NCBI GenBank assembly: GCA_965217185.1
Contig: OZ244252.1
Location: forward strand, 1,152,001-1,216,000
DNA length: 64,000 nt
Reading direction: 5' to 3'
Source: an uncultured Candidatus Entotheonella sp.
GTDB lineage: Bacteria; Tectomicrobia; Entotheonellia; Entotheonellales; Entotheonellaceae
Both the position numbers and the translations under genes were made by a program. Of the stretch, positions 40,275 to 50,397 are shown piece after piece. The notes beneath the pieces are model-generated. The model was not told where the DNA came from. It searched no databases and was given only the letters and a program-made list of their open reading frames with translations. Each line of letters begins with the position of its first letter. Within the stretch, counting starts at the first letter, position 1.

Positions 40275-42320
40275 ATGAAGAAAGCATACGGGGTGGTCAA
40301 GAAATTAGGTGTATTGGCTTGCCTAGCGCTGGTGGTGCTATTGGCCAGCCTCGGCGCACCGCCAACGGCAGCGTCGGATGAGCAACGTATGGGTGCCCAT
40401 CTCATCGGCACCATTGAGGGACCCGAGGTCATTACCGATCCGACCCGGATGCCGACGCAGTTCCAGGAAGCGCCGGCGCTAGCCGCCCTGGTCGAGCAAG
40501 GAAAGTTGCCGCCGGTAAGCAAGCGTCTGCCTGCCGAGCCGCTGGTGATCAAACCCTTACATGCCATCGGCACTTACGGTGGCACCTGGCATCGCGGCTT
40601 CACGGGACCGGCCGATAAGTGGAGTGGCTATCGCTGTTGTGCTTTCGACACCCTGACCTATGTCGACTTTCGGGGTGAAAAGCTCGTGCCCAATGTGGTC
40701 AAGAACTGGCAGGTATCCGACCAGGGGCGGACGTTCAACCTGTTTCTGCGCCGGGGCATGAAGTGGAGTGATGGCACCCCGTTCACGGCCGATGATTTTG
40801 TCTTCTGGTACGAAGACATGTTTCTGAACGAGGAGCTTAACCCGACCCGGCATCAAATCATGTCCATCAATGGTAAGCCGGGGATCTTGGAGAAAGTCGA
40901 CCCTTACACCATTCAGTTCAAATTCCCTGAGCCCTACCATCTGTTTCTCGAATTGCTAGCCGCTGCCACTCCGCTTGGCGGCCACGCCTATCAAGGGCTC
41001 TTCAGCATGGGCGGGTACGCTCCGAAACATTATTTGAAGCGGTTTCACCCCAAGTACGCCGGCTCAGACGCGGTGCAAAAGATCGTGCAGGTGGAGGGGT
41101 ATGACAACTGGGTGAATTTATTCAAATTCAAAAACGACTGGGCCCTCAACGTGGGTCTGCCGGTCATTACGGCCTGGAAGACCGTCTCGCCGATTAACCA
41201 GACCACCTGGACGCTTGAGCGCAACCCGTACTATTGGGCTGTGGACACGGCCGGGAATCAGTTGCCTTACATCGACAAGGTCGTCATGACGCTAGCGGAG
41301 GACCTCGAGGTGCTGAACCTGCGTGCCATCTCGGGTGAGTACGATTTCCAGGCCAGGCATATCGATATCCAGAAACTCCCGGTGCTGTTGGAGAATCAGG
41401 AGCGGGGTGGCTACAAGGTGTCTCTGGATCCCATGGAAAATGGTTCAGATTATGGCATCTGGTTCAACCTGGCCTACGACGCTGATCCGGAAATCGCCCA
41501 ATGGCTCAACAACCGCGACTTTCGTCGTGCCCTGGCGCTGGGGGTCGACCGAGACCAGATCAATGAGATTTTCTTTCTTGGCATTGGCATAGCCGGTTCT
41601 GTAGCCCCGGCAGAGGATAACCCGTACAGCCCCGGTCCCGAGTACCGCACGCGCTGGGCCACCTACGATCCACACAAGGCCAACCAGATGCTCGACGCCA
41701 TCGGTTTGGTTAACAAAGACGAGCAGGGCTTCCGGCTGCGCACCGATGGTAAGGGGCGGTTACAATTCGAATTGGCGACGCTGGGCAGTCAATTCGTCCA
41801 GCACACCCAGATCTCGGAAATGGTCCGCGAGCACTGGAAACAAATTGGCATCGAAATCTTCGTCAAGGAGCACGAACGCAGCCTGTGGGGTACTCGGGCG
41901 GGAGCGAATGAGGGCCAACTTTTTGCCTGGGGTAACGATGGCACGGACTCGCTATTCATTTTTCCCTTCTGGTTGGTCCCTCTGCAGGCAGGGCATTGGG
42001 TCAGCTCGCCATACGGCGCCTGGTTTGCCTCCAGCGGCATGCGGGGTAAGGAGCCCCCCGCTCCCATGCGCCAGGTGATGGACCTGTACAGGCGTGGCTT
42101 CACGGTGCCGTTCGAGGAGCGGGTGGAGCTTGGCAAGCAAATCTGGCGCATCCACCTCGATGAAGTCTGGCATCTCGGCGTGGTGGGCCAAGCCGGAGCC
42201 GTCATGGGCGTCCGGGTGGTCAATAACAGGATGGGGAATATCCCGGACCGGCAGGCGAACCTGAACACCTACAAGCCGCCGGCCCCCTCTCGGCCACAAA
42301 CGTTCTTCTTCAAGCCGTAA
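40275..42320 (+). CDS. ABC transporter substrate-binding protein, family 5
   Basis: LPPVSKRLP.EP, KWSDG.PFTADD, ERNPYYWAVD..GNQLPYID. Confidence 0.9.
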   Translation: MKKAYGVVKKLGVLACLALVVLLASLGAPPTAASDEQRMGAHLIGTIEGPEVITDPTRMPTQFQEAPALAALVEQGKLPPVSKRLPAEPLVIKPLHAIGTYGGTWHRGFTGPADKWSGYRCCAFDTLTYVDFRGEKLVPNVVKNWQVSDQGRTFNLFLRRGMKWSDGTPFTADDFVFWYEDMFLNEELNPTRHQIMSINGKPGILEKVDPYTIQFKFPEPYHLFLELLAAATPLGGHAYQGLFSMGGYAPKHYLKRFHPKYAGSDAVQKIVQVEGYDNWVNLFKFKNDWALNVGLPVITAWKTVSPINQTTWTLERNPYYWAVDTAGNQLPYIDKVVMTLAEDLEVLNLRAISGEYDFQARHIDIQKLPVLLENQERGGYKVSLDPMENGSDYGIWFNLAYDADPEIAQWLNNRDFRRALALGVDRDQINEIFFLGIGIAGSVAPAEDNPYSPGPEYRTRWATYDPHKANQMLDAIGLVNKDEQGFRLRTDGKGRLQFELATLGSQFVQHTQISEMVREHWKQIGIEIFVKEHERSLWGTRAGANEGQLFAWGNDGTDSLFIFPFWLVPLQAGHWVSSPYGAWFASSGMRGKEPPAPMRQVMDLYRRGFTVPFEERVELGKQIWRIHLDEVWHLGVVGQAGAVMGVRVVNNRMGNIPDRQANLNTYKPPAPSRPQTFFFKP

Positions 42321-42338
42321 ACGGCTAGCCTCAAATCC

Positions 42339-43214
42339 TTAGTACCGTACCGTGTCGTCCGGCTCGTCGATGACGCGGTTTTCGAGCGTGCCGAGTTGAT
42401 CAATCGTGATGCGTACCACATCGCCAGCTTTTAACCACACCTTTGGATCCATCCCCAAAACAACGCCACTGGGCGTACCGGTGCAGACCACGTCGCCTGG
42501 TTCCAGCGTAAAGGCGGTGGAGAGATGAACGATGATATCGGAACAATCAAAAATCAGATTCTTGGTATTGGAGTCTTGACGGAGCTCGCCATTCACCCAC
42601 GTTCTTAGCGTCAGGTTATGAGGATCGCCCACCTCATCAGGCGTCACCATATAGGGGCCCAAAGGACAGTGGGTGTCCCAGGACTTGCCCATGGTCGTGG
42701 TTGGTGAACGGAACTGCCAATCCCGCATGCTGACATCGTTGGCAATCGTGTAACCGGCGATGACGCCCAAGGCTTTCTCTTTGGGGACGCGGCGACAGCG
42801 CTTGCCGATGACGAAGGCGAACTCACCTTCATAATCAAGCTGGTCAGACTCTTTTGGCAGGTAAATAACGCCTTGGGGACCCGTCACGGCGGTCGATTGC
42901 TTGTTGAAGATCATGGGCACGGTAGGAATGTCAAACCCCCCTTCTGCCGCATGGTCCCTATAATTGAGCCCAACGGCAAGGAGCTTCGGCGGGCGACAAA
43001 TGGGTGCTTCGAGGCTCACGTCCGTCAGGGCAAGACGTTCTGACCCGGATGCACATACCTCTCGGGCGGTATTGAAGGCGGCCTCGCCTTGGGCGAGAAA
43101 CGTTAGCATGTCATCCGGCAAACCACGTCCATGGGCAGCAAAATCAACCACGGTGTCCGCTTCAACGGCGCCTAGGCGCGTGCGGCCCTCATGGGTAAAC
43201 GTGACAAGTTTCAT
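42339..43214 (-). CDS. Fumarylacetoacetate hydrolase family protein
   Basis: GLNYRDH, DYEGE, NDVS.RD, TGTPSGV. Confidence 0.92.
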   Translation of the reverse strand: MKLVTFTHEGRTRLGAVEADTVVDFAAHGRGLPDDMLTFLAQGEAAFNTAREVCASGSERLALTDVSLEAPICRPPKLLAVGLNYRDHAAEGGFDIPTVPMIFNKQSTAVTGPQGVIYLPKESDQLDYEGEFAFVIGKRCRRVPKEKALGVIAGYTIANDVSMRDWQFRSPTTTMGKSWDTHCPLGPYMVTPDEVGDPHNLTLRTWVNGELRQDSNTKNLIFDCSDIIVHLSTAFTLEPGDVVCTGTPSGVVLGMDPKVWLKAGDVVRITIDQLGTLENRVIDEPDDTVRY

Positions 43215-43270
43215 CGTGTGCTCCTGTTCTGCACAGGTTGTTCCATGCTTAGCCAGGCATGTTATCGACA

Positions 43271-44284
43271 TCAGAGCCGATAGACCCGCGCCGCCGTGTC
43301 GTGGAACAGTTGTGCTTTTTCGTCGGCCGAGTAATTCGCCGTGAGCCGCTTGAACGAATTCCACAGTACATTGTAGCTGCAACTCACCTTGTCGACGGGA
43401 TAGTTGGATTCGAACATGCAGCGGGCGGTGCCGAACTGTTGGAGGGTGTGCTCGTAATAGGGACGTGTGGCCTCCATCAACTCCTGCGAGGTGGGCGGCC
43501 GTTCGCGCTCGTGCCAACCGAAGCCGTTGACCTCCATGTTGATACCGCCGAGCTTGGCCACGACGTTGTCGCATTTCGCCAACTCGCTGATGTCCTGGCG
43601 CCACTGGGTCATGATTTCCTCGCGTTTGCCCACGTAGGGGCCGACGCCGAGCGGGCCGCCGAAATGATCGAGAATGATGGTGGTGTCGGGAAAGGCGCGG
43701 GCGAGGTCGGTGAGTTCCGTGATTTGGTGGTGGTAGCACCAGCCCTCGAAGGTCATGTCGTAGCGGGACAGGTGGGCGAACCCGGAGCGGAACTTGGCGT
43801 CCAGGTGCAAATGTGCCGGCGGCATGGGGCGATTGGAGATGAGCGGGCCCGCCGGATCCCAGGCGGCGCTGTGGCGAATGCCGCGGAAGCGTCCGCCGCC
43901 GGCCTGGAGATGGGCTTCCAGTACGGGCGCTGCGCCGTCGCCCAAGGTGAGATCGACCGTGCCCACGATGCCGGCGGCCACCCGGCGAGGGCCATACGCC
44001 CCCGAAGCGCTCATGGCGGCAATGCCGTTGACGAATTCCGTTTCGCCGACCGGGCGCATGGCTTCCGGGCCGTCCGCCTTGTGCATGGCGCTGCATTGCA
44101 CGAAGACCGTCGAGACGACGTTGTGGCCGCTGTTGATGTCGGCCAGAACCTCATCCAACAGGTAGCGCGGTTCGACCCGCTCGTAACGGTGATCCCACAA
44201 GTGATGATGTGGGTCGCAAATCGGCAGGTCCGGCTCAATCGTGTCTTCCTGCACGAGCGAAAGCCAGTGGTCATTGGTCGCCAT
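43271..44284 (-). CDS. Amidohydrolase family protein
   Basis: DPHHHLW, ILDHFGGP, MFESNYPVD. Confidence 0.9.
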   Translation of the reverse strand: MATNDHWLSLVQEDTIEPDLPICDPHHHLWDHRYERVEPRYLLDEVLADINSGHNVVSTVFVQCSAMHKADGPEAMRPVGETEFVNGIAAMSASGAYGPRRVAAGIVGTVDLTLGDGAAPVLEAHLQAGGGRFRGIRHSAAWDPAGPLISNRPMPPAHLHLDAKFRSGFAHLSRYDMTFEGWCYHHQITELTDLARAFPDTTIILDHFGGPLGVGPYVGKREEIMTQWRQDISELAKCDNVVAKLGGINMEVNGFGWHERERPPTSQELMEATRPYYEHTLQQFGTARCMFESNYPVDKVSCSYNVLWNSFKRLTANYSADEKAQLFHDTAARVYRL

Positions 44285-44473
44285 GTCAGTCCTTTCGATG
44301 GTGGCTATTTTCAACAGGCATGCGGTTCGGGTTGATTTGTCGGGGCGACATTCTATGTTGAGCGGGCTTCGCGTTCAATAGAAGACGCGAGGAGCGCCGA
44401 TAGTCAGATGCCCGCGGCGTCATCCGGCACTGAGCACAGCCAGCAACACGATTATATGGGCGCGCGAGACCTC

Positions 44474-44501
44474 CTTCCGAATAAGGGTCGATATGTTACC
44501 A
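44474..44501 (+). repeat. Candidate dif/Xer-like site F
   Basis: CTTCCGAATAA-GGGTCG-ATATGTTACCA, just upstream of an R-M pair. Confidence 0.45.
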
Positions 44502-44538
44502 TTGCCTCCCGTTGCCTCGAAAGGAAGGAGCAACAAGG

Positions 44539-45483
44539 ATGCGAACGACCGCCCTGCAGGAAGTACCTGAACAATGTTCTCTCTTCGCAAGACGCTCTCC
44601 CGCCCCCCCACCTGCCCAGCCGGGTACTTATATCAGAGTAAACGGTTTCGACGGGCCACCCCTCAAATTTATTACCCACTCTCTACTGCTATGTGGAGAC
44701 GCCAACCGTGCGCTTGAATTACTACCGGACGAGTCCGTGCAAACAGTTCTGACTTCCCCTCCCTACTGGTCTTTACGCGACTATGACATTGAAAATCAGA
44801 TCGGGCGGGACGACAGTCTGGCGAGCTATCTGGCCAGCATCGTCCGAACCTTTGAAAAGCTGAAGCGCGTTCTCCGCAGCGATGGCACGGTATGGCTCAA
44901 CATAGGTGACGCTTTCACGTCGGGGAATCGCCGCTATCGAGCACCGGACCGAAAGAATCGGGCTCGCGCTATGGAGTTTCGCCCACCAACGCCCAAAGGA
45001 TTGAAGGCGAAGGACCTCATTGGGCTTCCTTGGCGGATAGCTTTCATGCTTCAAGATGCAGGATGGTGGATTCGCTCAGAAGTGATTTGGCACAAACCAA
45101 ATGCTCATCCTGAGTCTGTCAGGGACCGGCCCACGAAGGCGCATGAAACTATATTTCTGCTTTCGAAAAGCCAGAACTATTTCTATGACGTGGAAGCTGT
45201 ATGTGGCCCGAACGGACGGAGATTGCGAACCGTATGGAACATGCCGACAGAGCCCAGAAAACGACTCAACGAACACGCTGACGATCATCCCGCCCCGATA
45301 CCGATGGCTCTCGCACGGCGATGTGTCGCCATCACCAGCCGGGAAGACGACGTTGTCTTGGATCCCTATGCGGGTTCGGGAACAACATTGTTGGCCGCGC
45401 AAGAACTTGGCCGGAAGTGGGTCGGCATTGAGTTGAAGCCTTTATTCGTCGATTTGATTGAGCGTAGGATGCAAGACAAATGA
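44539..45483 (+). CDS. Site-specific DNA methyltransferase, beta class (probable m4C)
   Basis: TSPPYW precedes DPYAGSGTT; W.KPN..PESV.DR. Confidence 0.9.
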   Translation: MRTTALQEVPEQCSLFARRSPAPPPAQPGTYIRVNGFDGPPLKFITHSLLLCGDANRALELLPDESVQTVLTSPPYWSLRDYDIENQIGRDDSLASYLASIVRTFEKLKRVLRSDGTVWLNIGDAFTSGNRRYRAPDRKNRARAMEFRPPTPKGLKAKDLIGLPWRIAFMLQDAGWWIRSEVIWHKPNAHPESVRDRPTKAHETIFLLSKSQNYFYDVEAVCGPNGRRLRTVWNMPTEPRKRLNEHADDHPAPIPMALARRCVAITSREDDVVLDPYAGSGTTLLAAQELGRKWVGIELKPLFVDLIERRMQDK

Positions 45484-46231
45484 CGCGGGACGAACTCAAA
45501 GCCGAGCTTGATAAGTTCTCGCAGGCAAAGATCGAATTCGTCGCGACCGTCGTGAGGTCTCTTTCTAACCCACCGCAAGTAAACATTCGACAACGAGGAA
45601 CATGGCTTACCGGTTCGCCGGAGTGGATGGAATACTTCAGCTTAGCGCTTTCGGTGCATCACGGGGCGACGACGGAGCCATTAGGTTTAACGGCATTTGA
45701 GACGGCTTTTCGCAACGCCTGTAGGGCGGCCAAATGGACACTTGATGCACCGGGTTCTGCGACAAGACGCTTTGTCGATCTTGAGGTGTCGTAAGCGGAG
45801 CCGGTCCCACGCGGCGTCTTTCTCTGAAATCCACCGCTGCCAGGAATTCATCGGAGAAAACGGCTCACATTTCCAAGTTGACCGAAGCCGCGTGGATCCA
45901 GGATGCAAGAACACCAAGGGATCGGCGCGCACGGATACGTGAGCTTTTTCGAAGCTATCAGCGAGCAGTTGACGCAATCATCATGTTGCGTGCCTTCCGC
46001 AAAGAAGGTGTCCCACATCGTTATCAGTTGCTCGAAATCCCGACCGCGCTGTTTGCCTCAGTACAAGAAACTCCGATCGATGCATTCCAAAGAGATGCCC
46101 CTTCCATCAATTGCCAAGTAGGAGGAAAGCTTGCCGCTGTGGTTGCCATAGACCGACCCGATGCGAAGATTACAGTGAAACGGATTCAATTGGCGGCATG
46201 TACCGTACATGCCGAATGGCACAGAACGTGA
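45480..46231 (+). pseudogene. Type II restriction endonuclease, frameshifted
   Basis: ATGA overlap with the MTase; frame ends VDLEVS* at 45794 while RLSLKST...HISKL continues in another frame to 46231. Confidence 0.65.
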
Positions 46232-46275
46232 GCGGTGACCAACTGACCCGCGGCCCCGACAGAACCGCACGCCAA

Positions 46276-47352
46276 ATGCCGTGCGTAAGTTCTGAGCAAC
46301 TCCAGAAGGACAATACTATTCCGCTTGTTGTTGACGTCGACGGCTCGCTGGTCAAAGGCGACCTGCTGACCGAGGGCTTGCTGCGGCTGTTCGCCGATTC
46401 GCCTGCCAAACTGTTCGCCCTGCCATTCTGGCTGGCTGGCGGGCGCGCCCCGCTGAAGCGCTGGCTCGCACAGCAGACCGGCACCCTGTGCGCGGCGACT
46501 CTGGTCCTGAACCCGGCCGTGCTGGAGGAAATCGACGCTGCTAGACGTGCGGGCCGTGAGGTGTGGCTGGCTTCCGGTTCGGACGAAAGGGTCGTTGCGC
46601 CCCTTGCCCGGGAGGTGGGGGCCACCGGTTGCTTCGCTTCGGACGGCCGCACCAACCTGGTTGGTCGCATCAAAGCCGCCGTCCTCGTCGACCGCTTCGG
46701 CGAGCACGGTTTCGACTATGTCGGCAACGAGCGGCGCGATCTGGCCGTTTGGAAACGCGCGCGGCGTGCCATTGGGGTTAACCTTTCGGCACGTCTGGCG
46801 CGGCAGGTGAAGACGCTGGATCCGCACGCCCGATTTCATCCCGGACTCGGCGGTGGCGCCTTGGACTTTCTGCGTGCTTTGCGTCCGCGCCAGTGGATGG
46901 CCAATGCGCTCGTGTTCGTTCCTGTCATTGCGGCGCAGGAAGCCCATGCCGGGCATTATTGGGTTGCGGCCGGAGGGTTTGCGGCCCTTTCAGCCTGTGC
47001 CTCAAGTCGCTGTGTTGTGGAAGACCTGCTCAATTTGCCGCGCGACCGGCAACGGGTAAGCAAACGTCACCAACCGATGGCGGCGGGCAAAACGCCCTTG
47101 CCTTCCATGATTGCCGTCGCTTCCGTCCTGGCGGCGGGGGGACTCGCCCTCGCCTTCTGGCTTTCGGCCGCCATTGGGCTTGGCGTTCTCCTCTATGTAA
47201 TTCTGGGTTTGTGCTACTTGCTGTGGCTCAGGCAAAACACACGCGTCGGCATCTTCGCACGCGCTCTGCTCAACCTATATCCTCTCGTTGTGGGAGCAGC
47301 GGTCGTGCGGGTCCCCTGGTCGCTGGGGTTTCTGGCTTTTTGGGGGAGTTGA
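46276..47352 (+). CDS. HAD-like/UbiA prenyltransferase fusion, degenerate and truncated
   Basis: VDVDGSL, FDYVGN..DL.VW, ALRP.QW..N.LVF; Asp-rich motif altered to EDLLN; short C-terminus. Confidence 0.65.
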   Translation: MPCVSSEQLQKDNTIPLVVDVDGSLVKGDLLTEGLLRLFADSPAKLFALPFWLAGGRAPLKRWLAQQTGTLCAATLVLNPAVLEEIDAARRAGREVWLASGSDERVVAPLAREVGATGCFASDGRTNLVGRIKAAVLVDRFGEHGFDYVGNERRDLAVWKRARRAIGVNLSARLARQVKTLDPHARFHPGLGGGALDFLRALRPRQWMANALVFVPVIAAQEAHAGHYWVAAGGFAALSACASSRCVVEDLLNLPRDRQRVSKRHQPMAAGKTPLPSMIAVASVLAAGGLALAFWLSAAIGLGVLLYVILGLCYLLWLRQNTRVGIFARALLNLYPLVVGAAVVRVPWSLGFLAFWGS

Positions 47353-47389
47353 CGGGATTGAACAGGGATTCAATTCGCAGGAGGTGAAG

Positions 47390-48352
47390 ATGGCAACACT
47401 GATTACGGGAGGCGCCGGGTTTATCGGCCTGGAAGTGGTACGGCTTCTGCTTTCGCGGGGCGAGAAGCGCCCGCTGGTGATGAGCCGAAATCCCTCGCTG
47501 AAACGCCTGGGCGACGTGGCAGATGAGGTGGAGGTGATGCGGGGCGATCTGGGGAATTTCAGTCACGTGCTGGAGGCCGTCAAAAAGGCGCGGCCGCAGG
47601 TTATCTACCATCTCGGGGCAACTCTGTCCGTCCCTTCGGAGGCCGATCCGGCCAGTGCCATGCAGACCAACGCGATGGGCACTTTCCACGTGCTGGAAGC
47701 GGCGCGGCTGTTCGACGTCCCGCAGGTCGTGTTTGCCAGCAGCGTGGGCACCTACGGGATTGATATCCGGGACGACGCCATCGATGACGCGACGATCCAG
47801 CGCCCGCAGCTTTTCTATGGCATGACCAAGGTGTTTGGCGAACACATGGGGCTGTTTTACCGGCGCAAGCACGGGCTTGATTTTCGCGGCATACGCTACC
47901 CATCCATTATTGGCCCCGGCGTGCGCACGCCGGGCGCCGTGCAATACACCTCCTGGGTCATCGAATCGTGCGCTCAGGGTCGTCCCTACACCATCTGGGT
48001 CGAGCCCGAAACGAGGGTTCCGGTCATGTACATCAAGGACGCGGCCCTGGCCACCGTGCAATTGGCGCAGACGCCGCAGCAAGCCATCACCACGGTCAAT
48101 TACCTCGTTAACGGCGTGACGCCGACGCCAAGCGCCGGTGATCTTGCAGGGGCTGTGCGGTCCAAAATTGCCGGGGCGCAGGTTGAATTCAAACCGGATA
48201 TGGAAATCCAGCGGTTGATTCAGGAATCCTTGCGGCCGCTCGACGATCGTAAGGCGCGGCAGGAATGGGGCTGGAAACCGAGATATGGCCTGGAAAGCTT
48301 GGTGGAGGATTTTCTGCAGGAGTTGGCGGTCCATCCGCACCGTTACAGCTAA
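47390..48352 (+). CDS. NAD-dependent epimerase/dehydratase (SDR threonine dehydrogenase-like)
   Basis: TGGAGFIG, YGMTK, DFRGIRYP. Confidence 0.85.
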   Translation: MATLITGGAGFIGLEVVRLLLSRGEKRPLVMSRNPSLKRLGDVADEVEVMRGDLGNFSHVLEAVKKARPQVIYHLGATLSVPSEADPASAMQTNAMGTFHVLEAARLFDVPQVVFASSVGTYGIDIRDDAIDDATIQRPQLFYGMTKVFGEHMGLFYRRKHGLDFRGIRYPSIIGPGVRTPGAVQYTSWVIESCAQGRPYTIWVEPETRVPVMYIKDAALATVQLAQTPQQAITTVNYLVNGVTPTPSAGDLAGAVRSKIAGAQVEFKPDMEIQRLIQESLRPLDDRKARQEWGWKPRYGLESLVEDFLQELAVHPHRYS

Positions 48353-48548
48353 CCCGCGGCTTCTCGGATGGGCCGCAAGCGCCAATCTGCCTAACCGGAT
48401 GAACAGAGTTGATGTGGGTCAATCGGTTACCCGGTGCGATTCTTGCCGGCCGCTACCCTGGGTGGCCGGATAAGTGCTATATTGCGAAGGTCAACACAAC
48501 CCTGCTACCGCAGAGGCGGGTTCACATTGAGACCGTGAGGAGTATCTT

Positions 48549-49262
48549 ATGGCGTCACACAAAGATTACCTAGGCGACAAATTGCAGATGGTCGAACGCG
48601 CCCGTGAGGACGTCTATTTTCGTCAGCTGGATCACGAGATCATCGCCAGGATGCGGGAGCAGCAGACCGCACAGGAGGAGGCGACTGAAGCCCCGCCGTC
48701 GCTCAACCCCTTTAACCCCATTCTCGTTCCAGTGGATTTTTCGGTCTATTCGACTCAGGCGCTCGAGAGGGCTGCCGACATCGCGGGGCGCTTTGATTCG
48801 TCTCTCATCGTCTTGCACGTCATAGCCGCTGAAATGGGTGTGCAGGCGCTGGCCAATCGTCTGGGGAAACATAGTGCGGACATCCCCATGCCGGAGGGGG
48901 AAGAAGGCCAGGAGGTCTCGGACAAGGATATTGAAACGGTCATCGATCCGCACCGCGAGCAGGCTTATGAGGCGCTGCACGCGTTTTTTCCGGGCCGCCT
49001 GACGAGTCATTCTGTCGAGTTGCGCGTCGTGTTCGGCCGACCGTTCGAGCGAATTGTGGAAACTGCGGTATCTGAGGAAGTTGGCCTGATTGTGATGGGC
49101 ACCCACGGCCGCACGGGCCTCGAACGCATCGCGGTGGGCAGCGTAGCCGAACGGGTCATTCGACTGGCGCCGTGCCCCGTCTTGACGCTGAAAGCGCCCA
49201 CGTCGGAATCCGGAAACTGGCTGAAGGATTTTTACGCCTCGTTTTTACAGGTCAGGACGTAG
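48549..49262 (+). CDS. Universal stress protein with N-terminal helical extension
   Basis: ILVPVDFS, IVMGTHGRTG....GSVAERV...APCPVL. Confidence 0.9.
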   Translation: MASHKDYLGDKLQMVERAREDVYFRQLDHEIIARMREQQTAQEEATEAPPSLNPFNPILVPVDFSVYSTQALERAADIAGRFDSSLIVLHVIAAEMGVQALANRLGKHSADIPMPEGEEGQEVSDKDIETVIDPHREQAYEALHAFFPGRLTSHSVELRVVFGRPFERIVETAVSEEVGLIVMGTHGRTGLERIAVGSVAERVIRLAPCPVLTLKAPTSESGNWLKDFYASFLQVRT

Positions 49263-49308
49263 TCCGAAATAATTGGCATACGATCCCTCCAAGGAACTCC
49301 GGGCGTTG

Positions 49309-50397
49309 TCAATGCCGCGGGATGACGTGCAAGTGTCGCGGATTGAGCTCGACGTCGAGTTGCGGCGTCGTTTGAATCGCCAGTCGGTGATAGACGTAGC
49401 CCGGCAGCACGATCTCCAGGTCGTACACCGCTTCACTATCGTCGAGTCGCAGGTGAAGCGTGTAGGTCTCCGCCTGCATGTCGGTATGGACGATGGTCCC
49501 GCTGACGACGTTTTGACGTTCGCGCGCGGCGGAACGGTCCGGACGCACGATTAGAATTTGCGTTGGGCGGATACAGACGTACACGGGTGTCCCTGACGCC
49601 ATGGCGTGCGCCTTCGTCGCCAGCAAATGACCGCACCACCTCAGCCATAACGTTTCCCCATCGACCCCTTCCACCACTGCCGGCAGAATGTTGCCTGTCT
49701 GTACGAACTCCGCAACCCGCCGGCTCGTCGGACGAAAAAAAACTTCCTCCCGTGTCCCCTGCTGAATCACCCTGCCGTCGTCGTACACGATGACCCGCTG
49801 TCCGAGCGCATAGACGTCGGACAGGTCATGCGTCACGATCAGCATCGAGATGTTCCAGCGTTTCTGCACCTGTGCCAGTTCCTGACGCAAGGCACCGCGC
49901 AAGGCCGCGTCGAGCGCCGCGAACGGCTCATCGAGCAGCAGCAAGCCCGGTTGTACGGCCAAGGCACGGGCGAGCGCCACCCGTTGCTGCTGACCGCCGG
50001 AGAGCTGCCGCGGCCGGCGCTCGGCCAGCGCCTGCAGGTCGAAATTACGGAGTAACTCTGCAACCCGCTGCCGCCGCGTCTCGCGCGGCAGCCGAGCCAG
50101 CCCGAAGCCGATGTTGTCGGCAACGCTCAGATGCGGGAACAACGCATAGTGCTGAGGCACGTATCCGACACGGCGTTTTTGGGCGGGGAGATTAAGGCCG
50201 CTGGAACTGTCGAAGATGGGCTGGCCGTCGAGCGAGATGCGTCCCTCGTCGGGCTCTATCGTCCCGGCAATGGTTTGGAGCGTCAGGCTCTTGCCCGATC
50301 CTGAGGGGCCAAACAGCGTGATCAATCCACCCGGCGCCGCGAAGGCCACGTCGAGTTGAAAATCCCCTAGCCTTTTGCGCAGGGCCACCTCAAGCAT
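49309..50397 (-). CDS. modC: Molybdate ABC transporter ATP-binding subunit
   Basis: GPSGSGKS, LSGGQQQR, LLDEPF; operon with modAB. Confidence 0.85.
   Translation of the reverse strand: MLEVALRKRLGDFQLDVAFAAPGGLITLFGPSGSGKSLTLQTIAGTIEPDEGRISLDGQPIFDSSSGLNLPAQKRRVGYVPQHYALFPHLSVADNIGFGLARLPRETRRQRVAELLRNFDLQALAERRPRQLSGGQQQRVALARALAVQPGLLLLDEPFAALDAALRGALRQELAQVQKRWNISMLIVTHDLSDVYALGQRVIVYDDGRVIQQGTREEVFFRPTSRRVAEFVQTGNILPAVVEGVDGETLWLRWCGHLLATKAHAMASGTPVYVCIRPTQILIVRPDRSAARERQNVVSGTIVHTDMQAETYTLHLRLDDSEAVYDLEIVLPGYVYHRLAIQTTPQLDVELNPRHLHVIPRH

Noticed and set aside
42339..44096. 585-aa ORF suggesting a fused FAA hydrolase
   Set aside because: The N-terminal part is an alternate frame of the amidohydrolase; the real start is at 43214 after a GGAG RBS.
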